From NCBI GenBank assembly GCA_964016885.1, contig OZ024745.1:3658001-3722000 (forward strand): DNA of 64,000 bases, read 5' to 3'. The notes under the pieces are model-generated. The model was not told where the DNA came from. It saw only the letters and a program-made list of their open reading frames with translations, and made no database searches. Shown here piece after piece: positions 1 through 15,000 of this stretch. How positions within the stretch are numbered: the first letter of the stretch is position 1; every line of letters begins with the position of its first letter. The DNA is from Eledone cirrhosa (lineage: Eukaryota). Both the position numbers and the translations under genes were made by a program.

Positions 1-3000
1 AAGGGTGTCTGGTTAGATAATACTGCAGGAAGGGTGTCTGGTTAGATAATACTGCAGGAAGGGTGTCTGGTTAGATAATACTGCAGGAAGGGTGTCTGGT
101 TAGATAATGCTGCAGGAAGGGTGTCTGGTTAGATAACACTGCAGGAAGGGTGTCTGGTTAGATAATACTGCAGGAAGGGTGACTGGTTAGATAATACTGC
201 AGGAAGGGTGTCTGGTTAGATAACACTGCAGGAAGGGTGTCTGGTTAGATAATGCTGCAGGAAGGGTGACTGGTTAGATAATACTGCAGGAAGGGTGTCT
301 GGTTAGATAACACTGCAGGAAGGGTGTCTGGTTAGATAACACTGCAGGAAGGGTGTCTGGTTATAGGATAATACTGCAGGAAGGGTGTCTGGTTAGATAA
401 CACTGCAGGAAGGGTGTCTGGTTAGATAACACTGCAGGAAGGGTGTCTGGTTATAGGATAATACTGCAGGAAGGGTGTCTGGTTAGATAACACTGCAGGA
501 AGGGTGTCTGGTTAGATAATACTGCAGGAAGGGTGTCTGGTTAGATAATACTGCAGGAAGGGTGTCTGGTTATAGGGTAATACTGCAGGAAGGGTGTCTG
601 GTTAGATAATACTGCAAGAAGGGTGTCTGGTTAGATAACACTGCAGGAAGAGTGTCTGGTTAGATAATACTGCAGGAAGGGTGTCTGGTTAGATAATACT
701 GCAGGAAGGGTGTCTGGTTATAGGGTAATACTGCAGGAAGGGTGTCTGGTTAGATAATACTGCAAGAAGGGTGTCTGGTTAGATAACACTGCAGGAAGAG
801 TGTCTGGTTAGATAATACTGCAGGAAGGGTGTCTGGTTAGATAATACTGCAGGAAGAGTGTCTGGTTAGATAATACTGCAGGAAGAGTGTCTGGTTAGAT
901 AATACTGCAAGAAGGGTGTCTGGTTAGATAATACTGCAGGAAGGGTGTCTGGTTATAGGATAATACTGCAGGAAGGGTGTCTGGTTATAGGATAATACTG
1001 AAGGAAGGGTGTCTGGTTAGATAATACTGCAGGAAGGGTGTCTGGTTAGATAATACTGCAGGAAGGGTGTCTGGTTATAGGATAATACTGCAGGAAGGGT
1101 GTCTGGTTAGATAACACTGCAGGAAGGGTGTCTGGTTAGATAATACTGCAGGAAGGGTGTCTGGTTAGATAATACTGCAGGAAGGGTGTCTGGTTATAGG
1201 ATAATACTGCAGGAAGGGTGTCTGGTTAGATAATACTGCAGGAAGGGTGTCTGGTTAGATAATACTGCAGGAAGGGTGTCTGGTTATAGGATAATACTGC
1301 AGGAAGGGTGTCTGGTTAGATAACACTGCAGGAAGGGTGTCTGGTTAGATAATACTGCAGGAAGGGTGTCTGGTTAGATAATACTGCAGGAAGGGTGTCT
1401 GGTTAGATAATACTGCAGGAAGGGTGTCTGGTTAGATAATACTGCAGGAAGGGTGTCTGGTTAGATAATACTGCAGGAAGGGTGTCTGGTTAGATAATAC
1501 TGCAGGAAGGGTGTCTGGTTAGATAATACTGCAGGAAGGGTGTCTGGTTAGATAACACTGCAGGAAGGGTCTGGTTAGATAACACGGCAGGAAGGGTGTC
1601 TGGTTAGATAATACTGCAGGAAGGGTGTCTGGTTATAGGATAATACTGCAGGAAGGGTGTCTGGTTAGATAATACTGCAGGAAGGGTGTATGGTTAGATA
1701 ATACTGCAGGAAGGGTGTCTGGTTAGATAATACTGCAGGAAGGGTGTCTGGTTATAGGATAATACTGCAGGAAGGGTGTCTGGTTAGATAACACTGCAGG
1801 AAGGGTGTCTGGTTAGATAATACTGCAGGAAGGGTGTCTGGTTAGATAATACTGCAGGAAGGGTGTCTGGTTAGATAATACTGCAGGAAGGGTGTCTGGT
1901 TAGATAATACTGCAGGAAGGGTGTCTGGTTAGATAACACTGCAGGAAGGGTGTCTGGTTAGATAATACTGCAGGAAGGGTGTCTGGTTAGATAACACTGC
2001 AGGAAGGGTGTCTGGTTAGATAATACTGCAGGAAGGGTGTCTGGTTAGATAACACTGCAGGAAGGGTGTCTGGTTAGATAATACTGCAGGAAGGGTGTCT
2101 GGTTAGATAATACTGCAGGAAGAGTGTCTGGTTAGATAATACTGCAGGAAGGGTGTCTGGTTAGATAATACTGCAGGAAGGGTGTCTGGTTAGATAACAC
2201 TGCAGGAAGGGTGTCTGGTTAGATAATACTGCAGGAAGGGTGTCTGGTTAGATAACACTGCAGGAAGGGTCCGGTTAAATAATACTGCAGGAAGGGTGTC
2301 TGGTTAGATAATACTGCAGGAAGGGTGTCTGGTTAGATAACACTGCAGGAAGGGTGTCTGGTTATAGGATACTGCAGGAAGGGTGTCTGGTTAGATAATA
2401 CTGCAGGAAGGGTGTCTGGTTAGATAATACTGCAGGAAGGGTGTCTGGTTAGATAATACTGCAGGAAGAGTGTCTGGTTATAGGATAATACTGCAGGAAG
2501 AGTGTCTGGTGAGATAATACTGCAGGAAGGGTGTCTGGTTATATAATACTGCAGGAAGGGTGTCTGGTTAGATAACACTGCAGGAAGGGTGTCTGGTTAG
2601 ATAATACTGCAGGAAGGGTGTCTGGTTAGATAATACTGCAGGAAGGGTGTCTGGTTAGATAATACTGCAGGAAGGGTGTCTGGTTAGATAACACTGCAGG
2701 AAGGGTGTCTGGTTATAGGATACTGCAGGAAGGGTGTCTGGTTAGATAATACTGCAGGAAGGGTGTCTGGTTAGATAATACTGCAGGAAGGGTGTCTGGT
2801 TAGATAATACTGCAGGAAGGGTGTCTGGTTATAGGATAATACTGCAGGAAGAGTGTCTGGTGAGATAATACTGCAGGAAGGGTGTCTGGTTAGATAATAC
2901 TGCAGGAAGGGTGTCTGGTTAGATAACACTGCAGGAAGGGTGTCTGGTTAGATAATACTGCAGGAAGGGTGTCTGGTTAGATAATACTGCAGGAAGGGTG

Positions 3001-6000
3001 TCTGGTTAGATAATACTGCAGGAAGGGTGTCTGGTTAGATAATGCTGCAGGAAGGGTGTCTGGTTAGATAACACTGCAGGAAGGGTGTCTGGTTAGATAA
3101 TACTGCAGGAAGGGTGACTGGTTAGATAATACTGCAGGAAGGGTGTCTGGTTAGATAACACTGCAGGAAGGGTGTCTGGTTAGATAATGCTGCAGGAAGG
3201 GTGACTGGTTAGATAATACTGCAGGAAGGGTGTCTGGTTAGATAACACTGCAGGAAGGGTGTCTGGTTAGATAACACTGCAGGAAGGGTGTCTGGTTAGA
3301 TAATACTGCAGGAAGGGTGTCTGGTTAGATAATACTGCAGGAAGGGTGTCTGGTTAGATAATACTGCAGGAAGGGTGTCTGGTTAGATAACACTGCAGGA
3401 AGGGTGTCTGGTTATAGGATACTGCAGGAAGGGTGTCTGGTTAGATAATACTGCAGGAAGGGTGTCTGGTTAGATAATACTGCAGGAAGGGTGTCTGGTT
3501 AGATAATACTGCAGGAAGGGTGTCTGGTTATAGGATAATACTGCAGGAAGAGTGTCTGGTGAGATAATACTGCAGGAAGGGTGTCTGGTTAGATAATACT
3601 GCAGGAAGGGTGTCTGGTTAGATAACACTGCAGGAAGGGTGTCTGGTTAGATAATACTGCAGGAAGGGTGTCTGGTTAGATAATACTGCAGGAAGGGTGT
3701 CTGGTTAGATAATACTGCAGGAAGGGTGTCTGGTTAGATAATGCTGCAGGAAGGGTGTCTGGTTAGATAACACTGCAGGAAGGGTGTCTGGTTAGATAAT
3801 ACTGCAGGAAGGGTGACTGGTTAGATAATACTGCAGGAAGGGTGTCTGGTTAGATAACACTGCAGGAAGGGTGTCTGGTTAGATAATGCTGCAGGAAGGG
3901 TGACTGGTTAGATAATACTGCAGGAAGGGTGTCTGGTTAGATAACACTGCAGGAAGGGTGTCTGGTTAGATAACACTGCAGGAAGGGTGTCTGGTTATAG
4001 GATAATACTGCAGGAAGGGTGTCTGGTTAGATAACACTGCAGGAAGGGTGTCTGGTTAGATAACACTGCAGGAAGGGTGTCTGGTTATAGGATAATACTG
4101 CAGGAAGGGTGTCTGGTTAGATAACACTGCAGGAAGGGTGTCTGGTTAGATAATACTGCAGGAAGGGTGTCTGGTTAGATAATACTGCAGGAAGGGTGTC
4201 TGGTTATAGGGTAATACTGCAGGAAGGGTGTCTGGTTAGATAATACTGCAAGAAGGGTGTCTGGTTAGATAACACTGCAGGAAGAGTGTCTGGTTAGATA
4301 ATACTGCAGGAAGGGTGTCTGGTTATATAATACTGCAGGAAGGGTGTCTGGTTATAGGGTAATACTGCAGGAAGGGTGTCTGGTTAGATAATACTGCAAG
4401 AAGGGTGTCTGGTTAGATAACACTGCAGGAAGAGTGTCTGGTTAGATAATACTGCAGGAAGGGTGTCTGGTTAGATAATACTGCAGGAAGAGTGTCTGGT
4501 TAGATAATACTGCAGGAAGAGTGTCTGGTTAGATAACACTGCAGGAAGGGTCTGGTTAGATAATACTGCAGGAAGGGTGTCTGGTTAGATAACACTGCAG
4601 GAAGAGTGTCTGTTTATAGGATAATACTGCAGGAAGGGTGTCTGGTTAGATAACACTGCAGGAAGAGTGTCTGGTTAGATAATACTGCAGGAAGGGTGTC
4701 TGGTTAGATAACACTGCAGGAAGGGTGTCTGGTTAGATAACACTGCAGGAAGGGTGTCTGGTTAGATAACACTGCAGGAAGGGTGTCTGGTTAGATAACA
4801 CTGCAGGAAGAGTGTCTGTTTATAGGATAATACTGCAGGAAGGGTGTCTGGTTAGATAACACTGCAGGAAGAGTGTCTGGTTAGATAATACTGCAGGAAG
4901 GGTGTCTGGTTAGATAACACTGCAGGAAAGGTGTCTGGTTAGATAACACTGCAGGAAGAGTGTCTGTTTATAGGATAATACTGCAGGAAGGGTGTCTGGT
5001 TAGATAATACTGCAGGAAGGGTGTCTGGTTAGATAATACTGCAGGAAGGGTGTCTGGTTAGATAACACTGCAGGAAGGGTCTGGTTAAATAATACTGCAG
5101 GAAGGGTGTCTGGTTAGATAATACTGCAGGAAGGGTGTCTGGTTAGATAACACTGCAGGAAGGGTCTGGTTAGATAATACTGCAGGAAGGGTGTCTGGTT
5201 AGATAATACTGCAGGAAGGGTGTCTGGTTAGATAATACTGCAGGAAGAGTGTCTGGTTAGATAACACTGCAGGAAGGGTCTGGTTAGATAATACTGCAGG
5301 AAGGGTGTCTGGTTAGATAATACTGCAGGAAGGGTGTCTGGTTAGATAATACTGCAGGAAGGGTGTCTGGTTAGATAACACTGCAGGAAGGGTGTCTGGT
5401 TATAGGATAATACTGCAGGAAGGGTGTCTGGTTAGATAACACTGCAGGAAGGGTGTCTGGTTAGATAACACTGCAGGAAGGGTGTCTGGTTATAGGATAA
5501 TACTGCAGGAAGGGTGTCTGGTTAGATAACACTGCAGGAAGGGTGTCTGGTTAGATAATACTGCAGGAAGGGTGTCTGGTTAGATAACACTGCAGGAAGG
5601 GTGTCTGGTTAGATAATACTGCAGGAAGGGTGTCTGGTTAGATAATACTGCAGGAAGAGTGTCTGGTTAGATAATACTGCAGGAAGGGTGTCTGGTTAGA
5701 TAATACTGCAGGAAGGGTGTCTGGTTAGATAACACTGCAGGAAGGGTGTCTGGTTAGATAATACTGCAGGAAGGGTGTCTGGTTAGATAACACTGCAGGA
5801 AGGGTCCGGTTAAATAATACTGCAGGAAGGGTGTCTGGTTAGATAATACTGCAGGAAGGGTGTCTGGTTAGATAACACTGCAGGAAGGGTGTCTGGTTAT
5901 AGGATACTGCAGGAAGGGTGTCTGGTTAGATAATACTGCAGGAAGGGTGTCTGGTTAGATAATACTGCAGGAAGGGTGTCTGGTTAGATAATACTGCAGG

Positions 6001-9000
6001 AAGAGTGTCTGGTTATAGGATAATACTGCAGGAAGAGTGTCTGGTGAGATAATACTGCAGGAAGGGTGTCTGGTTAGATAATACTGCAGGAAGGGTGTCT
6101 GGTTAGATAACACTGCAGGAAGGGTGTCTGGTTAGATAATACTGCAGGAAGGGTGTCTGGTTAGATAATACTGCAGGAAGGGTGTCTGGTTAGATAATAC
6201 TGCAGGAAGGGTGTCTGGTTAGATAACACTGCAGGAAGGGTGTCTGGTTATAGGATACTGCAGGAAGGGTGTCTGGTTAGATAATACTGCAGGAAGGGTG
6301 TCTGGTTAGATAATACTGCAGGAAGGGTGTCTGGTTAGATAATACTGCAGGAAGGGTGTCTGGTTATAGGATAATACTGCAGGAAGAGTGTCTGGTGAGA
6401 TAATACTGCAGGAAGGGTGTCTGGTTAGATAATACTGCAGGAAGGGTGTCTGGTTAGATAACACTGCAGGAAGGGTGTCTGGTTAGATAATACTGCAGGA
6501 AGGGTGTCTGGTTAGATAATACTGCAGGAAGGGTGTCTGGTTAGATAATACTGCAGGAAGGGTGTCTGGTTAGATAATGCTGCAGGAAGGGTGTCTGGTT
6601 AGATAACACTGCAGGAAGGGTGTCTGGTTAGATAATACTGCAGGAAGGGTGACTGGTTAGATAATACTGCAGGAAGGGTGTCTGGTTAGATAACACTGCA
6701 GGAAGGGTGTCTGGTTAGATAATGCTGCAGGAAGGGTGACTGGTTAGATAATACTGCAGGAAGGGTGTCTGGTTAGATAACACTGCAGGAAGGGTGTCTG
6801 GTTAGATAACACTGCAGGAAGGGTGTCTGGTTATAGGATAATACTGCAGGAAGGGTGTCTGGTTAGATAACACTGCAGGAAGGGTGTCTGGTTAGATAAC
6901 ACTGCAGGAAGGGTGTCTGGTTATAGGATAATACTGCAGGAAGGGTGTCTGGTTAGATAACACTGCAGGAAGGGTGTCTGGTTAGATAATACTGCAGGAA
7001 GGGTGTCTGGTTAGATAATACTGCAGGAAGGGTGTCTGGTTATAGGGTAATACTGCAGGAAGGGTGTCTGGTTAGATAATACTGCAAGAAGGGTGTCTGG
7101 TTAGATAACACTGCAGGAAGAGTGTCTGGTTAGATAATACTGCAGGAAGGGTGTCTGGTTAGATAATACTGCAGGAAGGGTGTCTGGTTATAGGGTAATA
7201 CTGCAGGAAGGGTGTCTGGTTAGATAATACTGCAAGAAGGGTGTCTGGTTAGATAACACTGCAGGAAGAGTGTCTGGTTAGATAATACTGCAGGAAGGGT
7301 GTCTGGTTAGATAATACTGCAGGAAGAGTGTCTGGTTAGATAATACTGCAGGAAGAGTGTCTGGTTAGATAATACTGCAAGAAGGGTGTCTGGTTAGATA
7401 ATACTGCAGGAAGGGTGTCTGGTTATAGGATAATACTGCAGGAAGGGTGTCTGGTTATAGGATAATACTGAAGGAAGGGTGTCTGGTTAGATAATACTGC
7501 AGGAAGGGTGTCTGGTTAGATAATACTGCAGGAAGGGTGTCTGGTTATAGGATAATACTGCAGGAAGGGTGTCTGGTTAGATAACACTGCAGGAAGGGTG
7601 TCTGGTTAGATAATACTGCAGGAAGGGTGTCTGGTTAGATAATACTGCAGGAAGGGTGTCTGGTTATAGGATAATACTGCAGGAAGGGTGTCTGGTTAGA
7701 TAATACTGCAGGAAGGGTGTCTGGTTAGATAATACTGCAGGAAGGGTGTCTGGTTATAGGATAATACTGCAGGAAGGGTGTCTGGTTAGATAACACTGCA
7801 GGAAGGGTGTCTGGTTAGATAATACTGCAGGAAGGGTGTCTGGTTAGATAATACTGCAGGAAGGGTGTCTGGTTAGATAATACTGCAGGAAGGGTGTCTG
7901 GTTAGATAATACTGCAGGAAGGGTGTCTGGTTAGATAATACTGCAGGAAGGGTGTCTGGTTAGATAATACTGCAGGAAGGGTGTCTGGTTAGATAATACT
8001 GCAGGAAGGGTGTCTGGTTAGATAACACTGCAGGAAGGGTCTGGTTAGATAACACGGCAGGAAGGGTGTCTGGTTAGATAATACTGCAGGAAGGGTGTCT
8101 GGTTATAGGATAATACTGCAGGAAGGGTGTCTGGTTAGATAATACTGCAGGAAGGGTGTATGGTTAGATAATACTGCAGGAAGGGTGTCTGGTTAGATAA
8201 TACTGCAGGAAGGGTGTCTGGTTATAGGATAATACTGCAGGAAGGGTGTCTGGTTAGATAACACTGCAGGAAGGGTGTCTGGTTAGATAATACTGCAGGA
8301 AGGGTGTCTGGTTAGATAATACTGCAGGAAGGGTGTCTGGTTAGATAATACTGCAGGAAGGGTGTCTGGTTAGATAATACTGCAGGAAGGGTGTCTGGTT
8401 AGATAACACTGCAGGAAGGGTGTCTGGTTAGATAATACTGCAGGAAGGGTGTCTGGTTAGATAACACTGCAGGAAGGGTGTCTGGTTAGATAATACTGCA
8501 GGAAGGGTGTCTGGTTAGATAACACTGCAGGAAGGGTGTCTGGTTAGATAATACTGCAGGAAGGGTGTCTGGTTAGATAATACTGCAGGAAGAGTGTCTG
8601 GTTAGATAATACTGCAGGAAGGGTGTCTGGTTAGATAATACTGCAGGAAGGGTGTCTGGTTAGATAACACTGCAGGAAGGGTGTCTGGTTAGATAATACT
8701 GCAGGAAGGGTGTCTGGTTAGATAACACTGCAGGAAGGGTCCGGTTAAATAATACTGCAGGAAGGGTGTCTGGTTAGATAATACTGCAGGAAGGGTGTCT
8801 GGTTAGATAACACTGCAGGAAGGGTGTCTGGTTATAGGATACTGCAGGAAGGGTGTCTGGTTAGATAATACTGCAGGAAGGGTGTCTGGTTAGATAATAC
8901 TGCAGGAAGGGTGTCTGGTTAGATAATACTGCAGGAAGAGTGTCTGGTTATAGGATAATACTGCAGGAAGAGTGTCTGGTGAGATAATACTGCAGGAAGG

Positions 9001-12000
9001 GTGTCTGGTTATATAATACTGCAGGAAGGGTGTCTGGTTAGATAACACTGCAGGAAGGGTGTCTGGTTAGATAATACTGCAGGAAGGGTGTCTGGTTAGA
9101 TAATACTGCAGGAAGGGTGTCTGGTTAGATAATACTGCAGGAAGGGTGTCTGGTTAGATAACACTGCAGGAAGGGTGTCTGGTTATAGGATACTGCAGGA
9201 AGGGTGTCTGGTTAGATAATACTGCAGGAAGGGTGTCTGGTTAGATAATACTGCAGGAAGGGTGTCTGGTTAGATAATACTGCAGGAAGGGTGTCTGGTT
9301 ATAGGATAATACTGCAGGAAGAGTGTCTGGTGAGATAATACTGCAGGAAGGGTGTCTGGTTAGATAATACTGCAGGAAGGGTGTCTGGTTAGATAACACT
9401 GCAGGAAGGGTGTCTGGTTAGATAATACTGCAGGAAGGGTGTCTGGTTAGATAATACTGCAGGAAGGGTGTCTGGTTAGATAATACTGCAGGAAGGGTGT
9501 CTGGTTAGATAATGCTGCAGGAAGGGTGTCTGGTTAGATAACACTGCAGGAAGGGTGTCTGGTTAGATAATACTGCAGGAAGGGTGACTGGTTAGATAAT
9601 ACTGCAGGAAGGGTGTCTGGTTAGATAACACTGCAGGAAGGGTGTCTGGTTAGATAATGCTGCAGGAAGGGTGACTGGTTAGATAATACTGCAGGAAGGG
9701 TGTCTGGTTAGATAACACTGCAGGAAGGGTGTCTGGTTAGATAACACTGCAGGAAGGGTGTCTGGTTATAGGATAATACTGCAGGAAGGGTGTCTGGTTA
9801 GATAACACTGCAGGAAGGGTGTCTGGTTAGATAACACTGCAGGAAGGGTGTCTGGTTATAGGATAATACTGCAGGAAGGGTGTCTGGTTAGATAACACTG
9901 CAGGAAGGGTGTCTGGTTAGATAATACTGCAGGAAGGGTGTCTGGTTAGATAATACTGCAGGAAGGGTGTCTGGTTATAGGGTAATACTGCAGGAAGGGT
10001 GTCTGGTTAGATAATACTGCAAGAAGGGTGTCTGGTTAGATAACACTGCAGGAAGAGTGTCTGGTTAGATAATACTGCAGGAAGGGTGTCTGGTTAGATA
10101 ATACTGCAGGAAGGGTGTCTGGTTATAGGGTAATACTGCAGGAAGGGTGTCTGGTTAGATAATACTGCAAGAAGGGTGTCTGGTTAGATAACACTGCAGG
10201 AAGAGTGTCTGGTTAGATAATACTGCAGGAAGGGTGTCTGGTTAGATAATACTGCAGGAAGAGTGTCTGGTTAGATAATACTGCAGGAAGAGTGTCTGGT
10301 TAGATAACACTGCAGGAAGGGTCTGGTTAGATAATACTGCAGGAAGGGTGTCTGGTTAGATAACACTGCAGGAAGAGTGTCTGTTTATAGGATAATACTG
10401 CAGGAAGGGTGTCTGGTTAGATAACACTGCAGGAAGAGTGTCTGGTTAGATAATACTGCAGGAAGGGTGTCTGGTTAGATAACACTGCAGGAAGGGTGTC
10501 TGGTTAGATAACACTGCAGGAAGGGTGTCTGGTTAGATAACACTGCAGGAAGGGTGTCTGGTTAGATAACACTGCAGGAAGAGTGTCTGTTTATAGGATA
10601 ATACTGCAGGAAGGGTGTCTGGTTAGATAACACTGCAGGAAGAGTGTCTGGTTAGATAATACTGCAGGAAGGGTGTCTGGTTAGATAACACTGCAGGAAA
10701 GGTGTCTGGTTAGATAACACTGCAGGAAGAGTGTCTGTTTATAGGATAATACTGCAGGAAGGGTGTCTGGTTAGATAATACTGCAGGAAGGGTGTCTGGT
10801 TAGATAATACTGCAGGAAGGGTGTCTGGTTAGATAACACTGCAGGAAGGGTCTGGTTAAATAATACTGCAGGAAGGGTGTCTGGTTAGATAATACTGCAG
10901 GAAGGGTGTCTGGTTAGATAACACTGCAGGAAGGGTCTGGTTAGATAATACTGCAGGAAGGGTGTCTGGTTAGATAATACTGCAGGAAGGGTGTCTGGTT
11001 AGATAATACTGCAGGAAGAGTGTCTGGTTAGATAACACTGCAGGAAGGGTCTGGTTAGATAATACTGCAGGAAGGGTGTCTGGTTAGATAATACTGCAGG
11101 AAGGGTGTCTGGTTAGATAATACTGCAGGAAGGGTGTCTGGTTAGATAACACTGCAGGAAGGGTGTCTGGTTATAGGATAATACTGCAGGAAGGGTGTCT
11201 GGTTAGATAACACTGCAGGAAGGGTGTCTGGTTAGATAACACTGCAGGAAGGGTGTCTGGTTATAGGATAATACTGCAGGAAGGGTGTCTGGTTAGATAA
11301 CACTGCAGGAAGGGTGTCTGGTTAGATAATACTGCAGGAAGGGTGTCTGGTTAGATAACACTGCAGGAAGGGTGTCTGGTTAGATAATACTGCAGGAAGG
11401 GTGTCTGGTTAGATAATACTGCAGGAAGAGTGTCTGGTTAGATAATACTGCAGGAAGGGTGTCTGGTTAGATAATACTGCAGGAAGGGTGTCTGGTTAGA
11501 TAACACTGCAGGAAGGGTGTCTGGTTAGATAATACTGCAGGAAGGGTGTCTGGTTAGATAACACTGCAGGAAGGGTCCGGTTAAATAATACTGCAGGAAG
11601 GGTGTCTGGTTAGATAATACTGCAGGAAGGGTGTCTGGTTAGATAACACTGCAGGAAGGGTGTCTGGTTATAGGATACTGCAGGAAGGGTGTCTGGTTAG
11701 ATAATACTGCAGGAAGGGTGTCTGGTTAGATAATACTGCAGGAAGGGTGTCTGGTTAGATAATACTGCAGGAAGAGTGTCTGGTTATAGGATAATACTGC
11801 AGGAAGAGTGTCTGGTGAGATAATACTGCAGGAAGGGTGTCTGGTTAGATAATACTGCAGGAAGGGTGTCTGGTTAGATAACACTGCAGGAAGGGTGTCT
11901 GGTTAGATAATACTGCAGGAAGGGTGTCTGGTTAGATAATACTGCAGGAAGGGTGTCTGGTTAGATAATACTGCAGGAAGGGTGTCTGGTTAGATAACAC

Positions 12001-15000
12001 TGCAGGAAGGGTGTCTGGTTATAGGATACTGCAGGAAGGGTGTCTGGTTAGATAATACTGCAGGAAGGGTGTCTGGTTAGATAATACTGCAGGAAGGGTG
12101 TCTGGTTAGATAATACTGCAGGAAGGGTGTCTGGTTATAGGATAATACTGCAGGAAGAGTGTCTGGTGAGATAATACTGCAGGAAGGGTGTCTGGTTAGA
12201 TAATACTGCAGGAAGGGTGTCTGGTTAGATAACACTGCAGGAAGGGTGTCTGGTTAGATAATACTGCAGGAAGGGTGTCTGGTTAGATAATACTGCAGGA
12301 AGGGTGTCTGGTTAGATAATACTGCAGGAAGGGTGTCTGGTTAGATAATGCTGCAGGAAGGGTGTCTGGTTAGATAACACTGCAGGAAGGGTGTCTGGTT
12401 AGATAATACTGCAGGAAGGGTGACTGGTTAGATAATACTGCAGGAAGGGTGTCTGGTTAGATAACACTGCAGGAAGGGTGTCTGGTTAGATAATGCTGCA
12501 GGAAGGGTGACTGGTTAGATAATACTGCAGGAAGGGTGTCTGGTTAGATAACACTGCAGGAAGGGTGTCTGGTTAGATAACACTGCAGGAAGGGTGTCTG
12601 GTTATAGGATAATACTGCAGGAAGGGTGTCTGGTTAGATAACACTGCAGGAAGGGTGTCTGGTTAGATAACACTGCAGGAAGGGTGTCTGGTTATAGGAT
12701 AATACTGCAGGAAGGGTGTCTGGTTAGATAACACTGCAGGAAGGGTGTCTGGTTAGATAATACTGCAGGAAGGGTGTCTGGTTAGATAATACTGCAGGAA
12801 GGGTGTCTGGTTATAGGGTAATACTGCAGGAAGGGTGTCTGGTTAGATAATACTGCAAGAAGGGTGTCTGGTTAGATAACACTGCAGGAAGAGTGTCTGG
12901 TTAGATAATACTGCAGGAAGGGTGTCTGGTTAGATAATACTGCAGGAAGGGTGTCTGGTTATAGGGTAATACTGCAGGAAGGGTGTCTGGTTAGATAATA
13001 CTGCAAGAAGGGTGTCTGGTTAGATAACACTGCAGGAAGAGTGTCTGGTTAGATAATACTGCAGGAAGGGTGTCTGGTTAGATAATACTGCAGGAAGAGT
13101 GTCTGGTTAGATAATACTGCAGGAAGAGTGTCTGGTTAGATAATACTGCAAGAAGGGTGTCTGGTTAGATAATACTGCAGGAAGGGTGTCTGGTTATAGG
13201 ATAATACTGCAGGAAGGGTGTCTGGTTATAGGATAATACTGAAGGAAGGGTGTCTGGTTAGATAATACTGCAGGAAGGGTGTCTGGTTAGATAATACTGC
13301 AGGAAGGGTGTCTGGTTATAGGATAATACTGCAGGAAGGGTGTCTGGTTAGATAACACTGCAGGAAGGGTGTCTGGTTAGATAATACTGCAGGAAGGGTG
13401 TCTGGTTAGATAATACTGCAGGAAGGGTGTCTGGTTATAGGATAATACTGCAGGAAGAGTGTCTGGTTAGATAATACTGCAGGAAGGGTGTCTGGTTAGA
13501 TAATACTGCAGGAAGGGTGTCTGGTTATAGGATAATACTGCAGGAAGGGTGTCTGGTTAGATAACACTGCAGGAAGGGTGTCTGGTTAGATAATACTGCA
13601 GGAAGGGTGTCTGGTTAGATAATACTGCAGGAAGGGTGTCTGGTTAGATAATACTGCAGGAAGGGTGTCTGGTTAGATAATACTGCAGGAAGGGTGTCTG
13701 GTTAGATAATACTGCAGGAAGGGTGTCTGGTTAGATAATACTGCAGGAAGGGTGTCTGGTTAGATAATACTGCAGGAAGGGTGTCTGGTTAGATAACACT
13801 GCAGGAAGGGTCTGGTTAGATAACACGGCAGGAAGGGTGTCTGGTTAGATAATACTGCAGGAAGGGTGTCTGGTTATAGGATAATACTGCAGGAAGGGTG
13901 TCTGGTTAGATAATACTGCAGGAAGGGTGTATGGTTAGATAATACTGCAGGAAGGGTGTCTGGTTAGATAATACTGCAGGAAGGGTGTCTGGTTATAGGA
14001 TAATACTGCAGGAAGGGTGTCTGGTTAGATAACACTGCAGGAAGGGTGTCTGGTTAGATAATACTGCAGGAAGGGTGTCTGGTTAGATAATACTGCAGGA
14101 AGGGTGTCTGGTTAGATAATACTGCAGGAAGGGTGTCTGGTTAGATAATACTGCAGGAAGGGTGTCTGGTTAGATAACACTGCAGGAAGGGTGTCTGGTT
14201 AGATAATACTGCAGGAAGGGTGTCTGGTTAGATAATACTGCAGGAAGGGTGTCTGGTTAGATAATACTGCAGGAAGGGTGTCTGGTTAGATAATACTGCA
14301 GGAAGAGTGTCTGGTTAGATAACACTGCAGGAAGGGTGTCTGGTTAGATAATACTGCAGGAAGGGTGTCTGGTTAGATAATACTGCAGGAAGGGTGTCTT
14401 GTTAGATAACACTGCAGGAAGAGTGTCTGGTTAGATAACACTGCATGTAGAGTGTCTGGTTAGATAACACTGCAGGAAGGGTCTGGTTAGATAACACTGC
14501 AGGAAGGGTCTGGTTAGATAATACTGCAGGAAGAGTGTCTGGTTAGATAACACTGCAGGAAGGGTGTCTGGTTAGATAACACTGCAGGAAGGGTGTCTGG
14601 TTATAGGATAATACTGCAGGAAGGGTGTCTGGTTATAGGATAATACTGCAGGAAGAGTGTCTGGTTAGATAACACTGCAGGAAGAGTGTCTGGTTAGATA
14701 ATACTGCAGGAAGGGTGTCTGGTTAGATAATACTGCAGGAAGGGTGTCTGGTTAGATAACACTGCAGGAAGAGTGTCTGGTTAGATAATACTGCAGGAAG
14801 AGTGTCTGGTTAGATAATACTGCAGGAAGAGTGTCTGGTTAGATAACACTGCAGGAAGAGTGTCTGGTTAGATAACACTGCAGGAAGGGTGTCTGGTTAG
14901 ATAATACTGCAGGAAGAGTGTCTGGTTAGATAACACTGCAGGAAGGGTGTCTGGTTAGATAACACTGCAGGAAGGGTGTCTGGTTAGATAACACTGCAGG

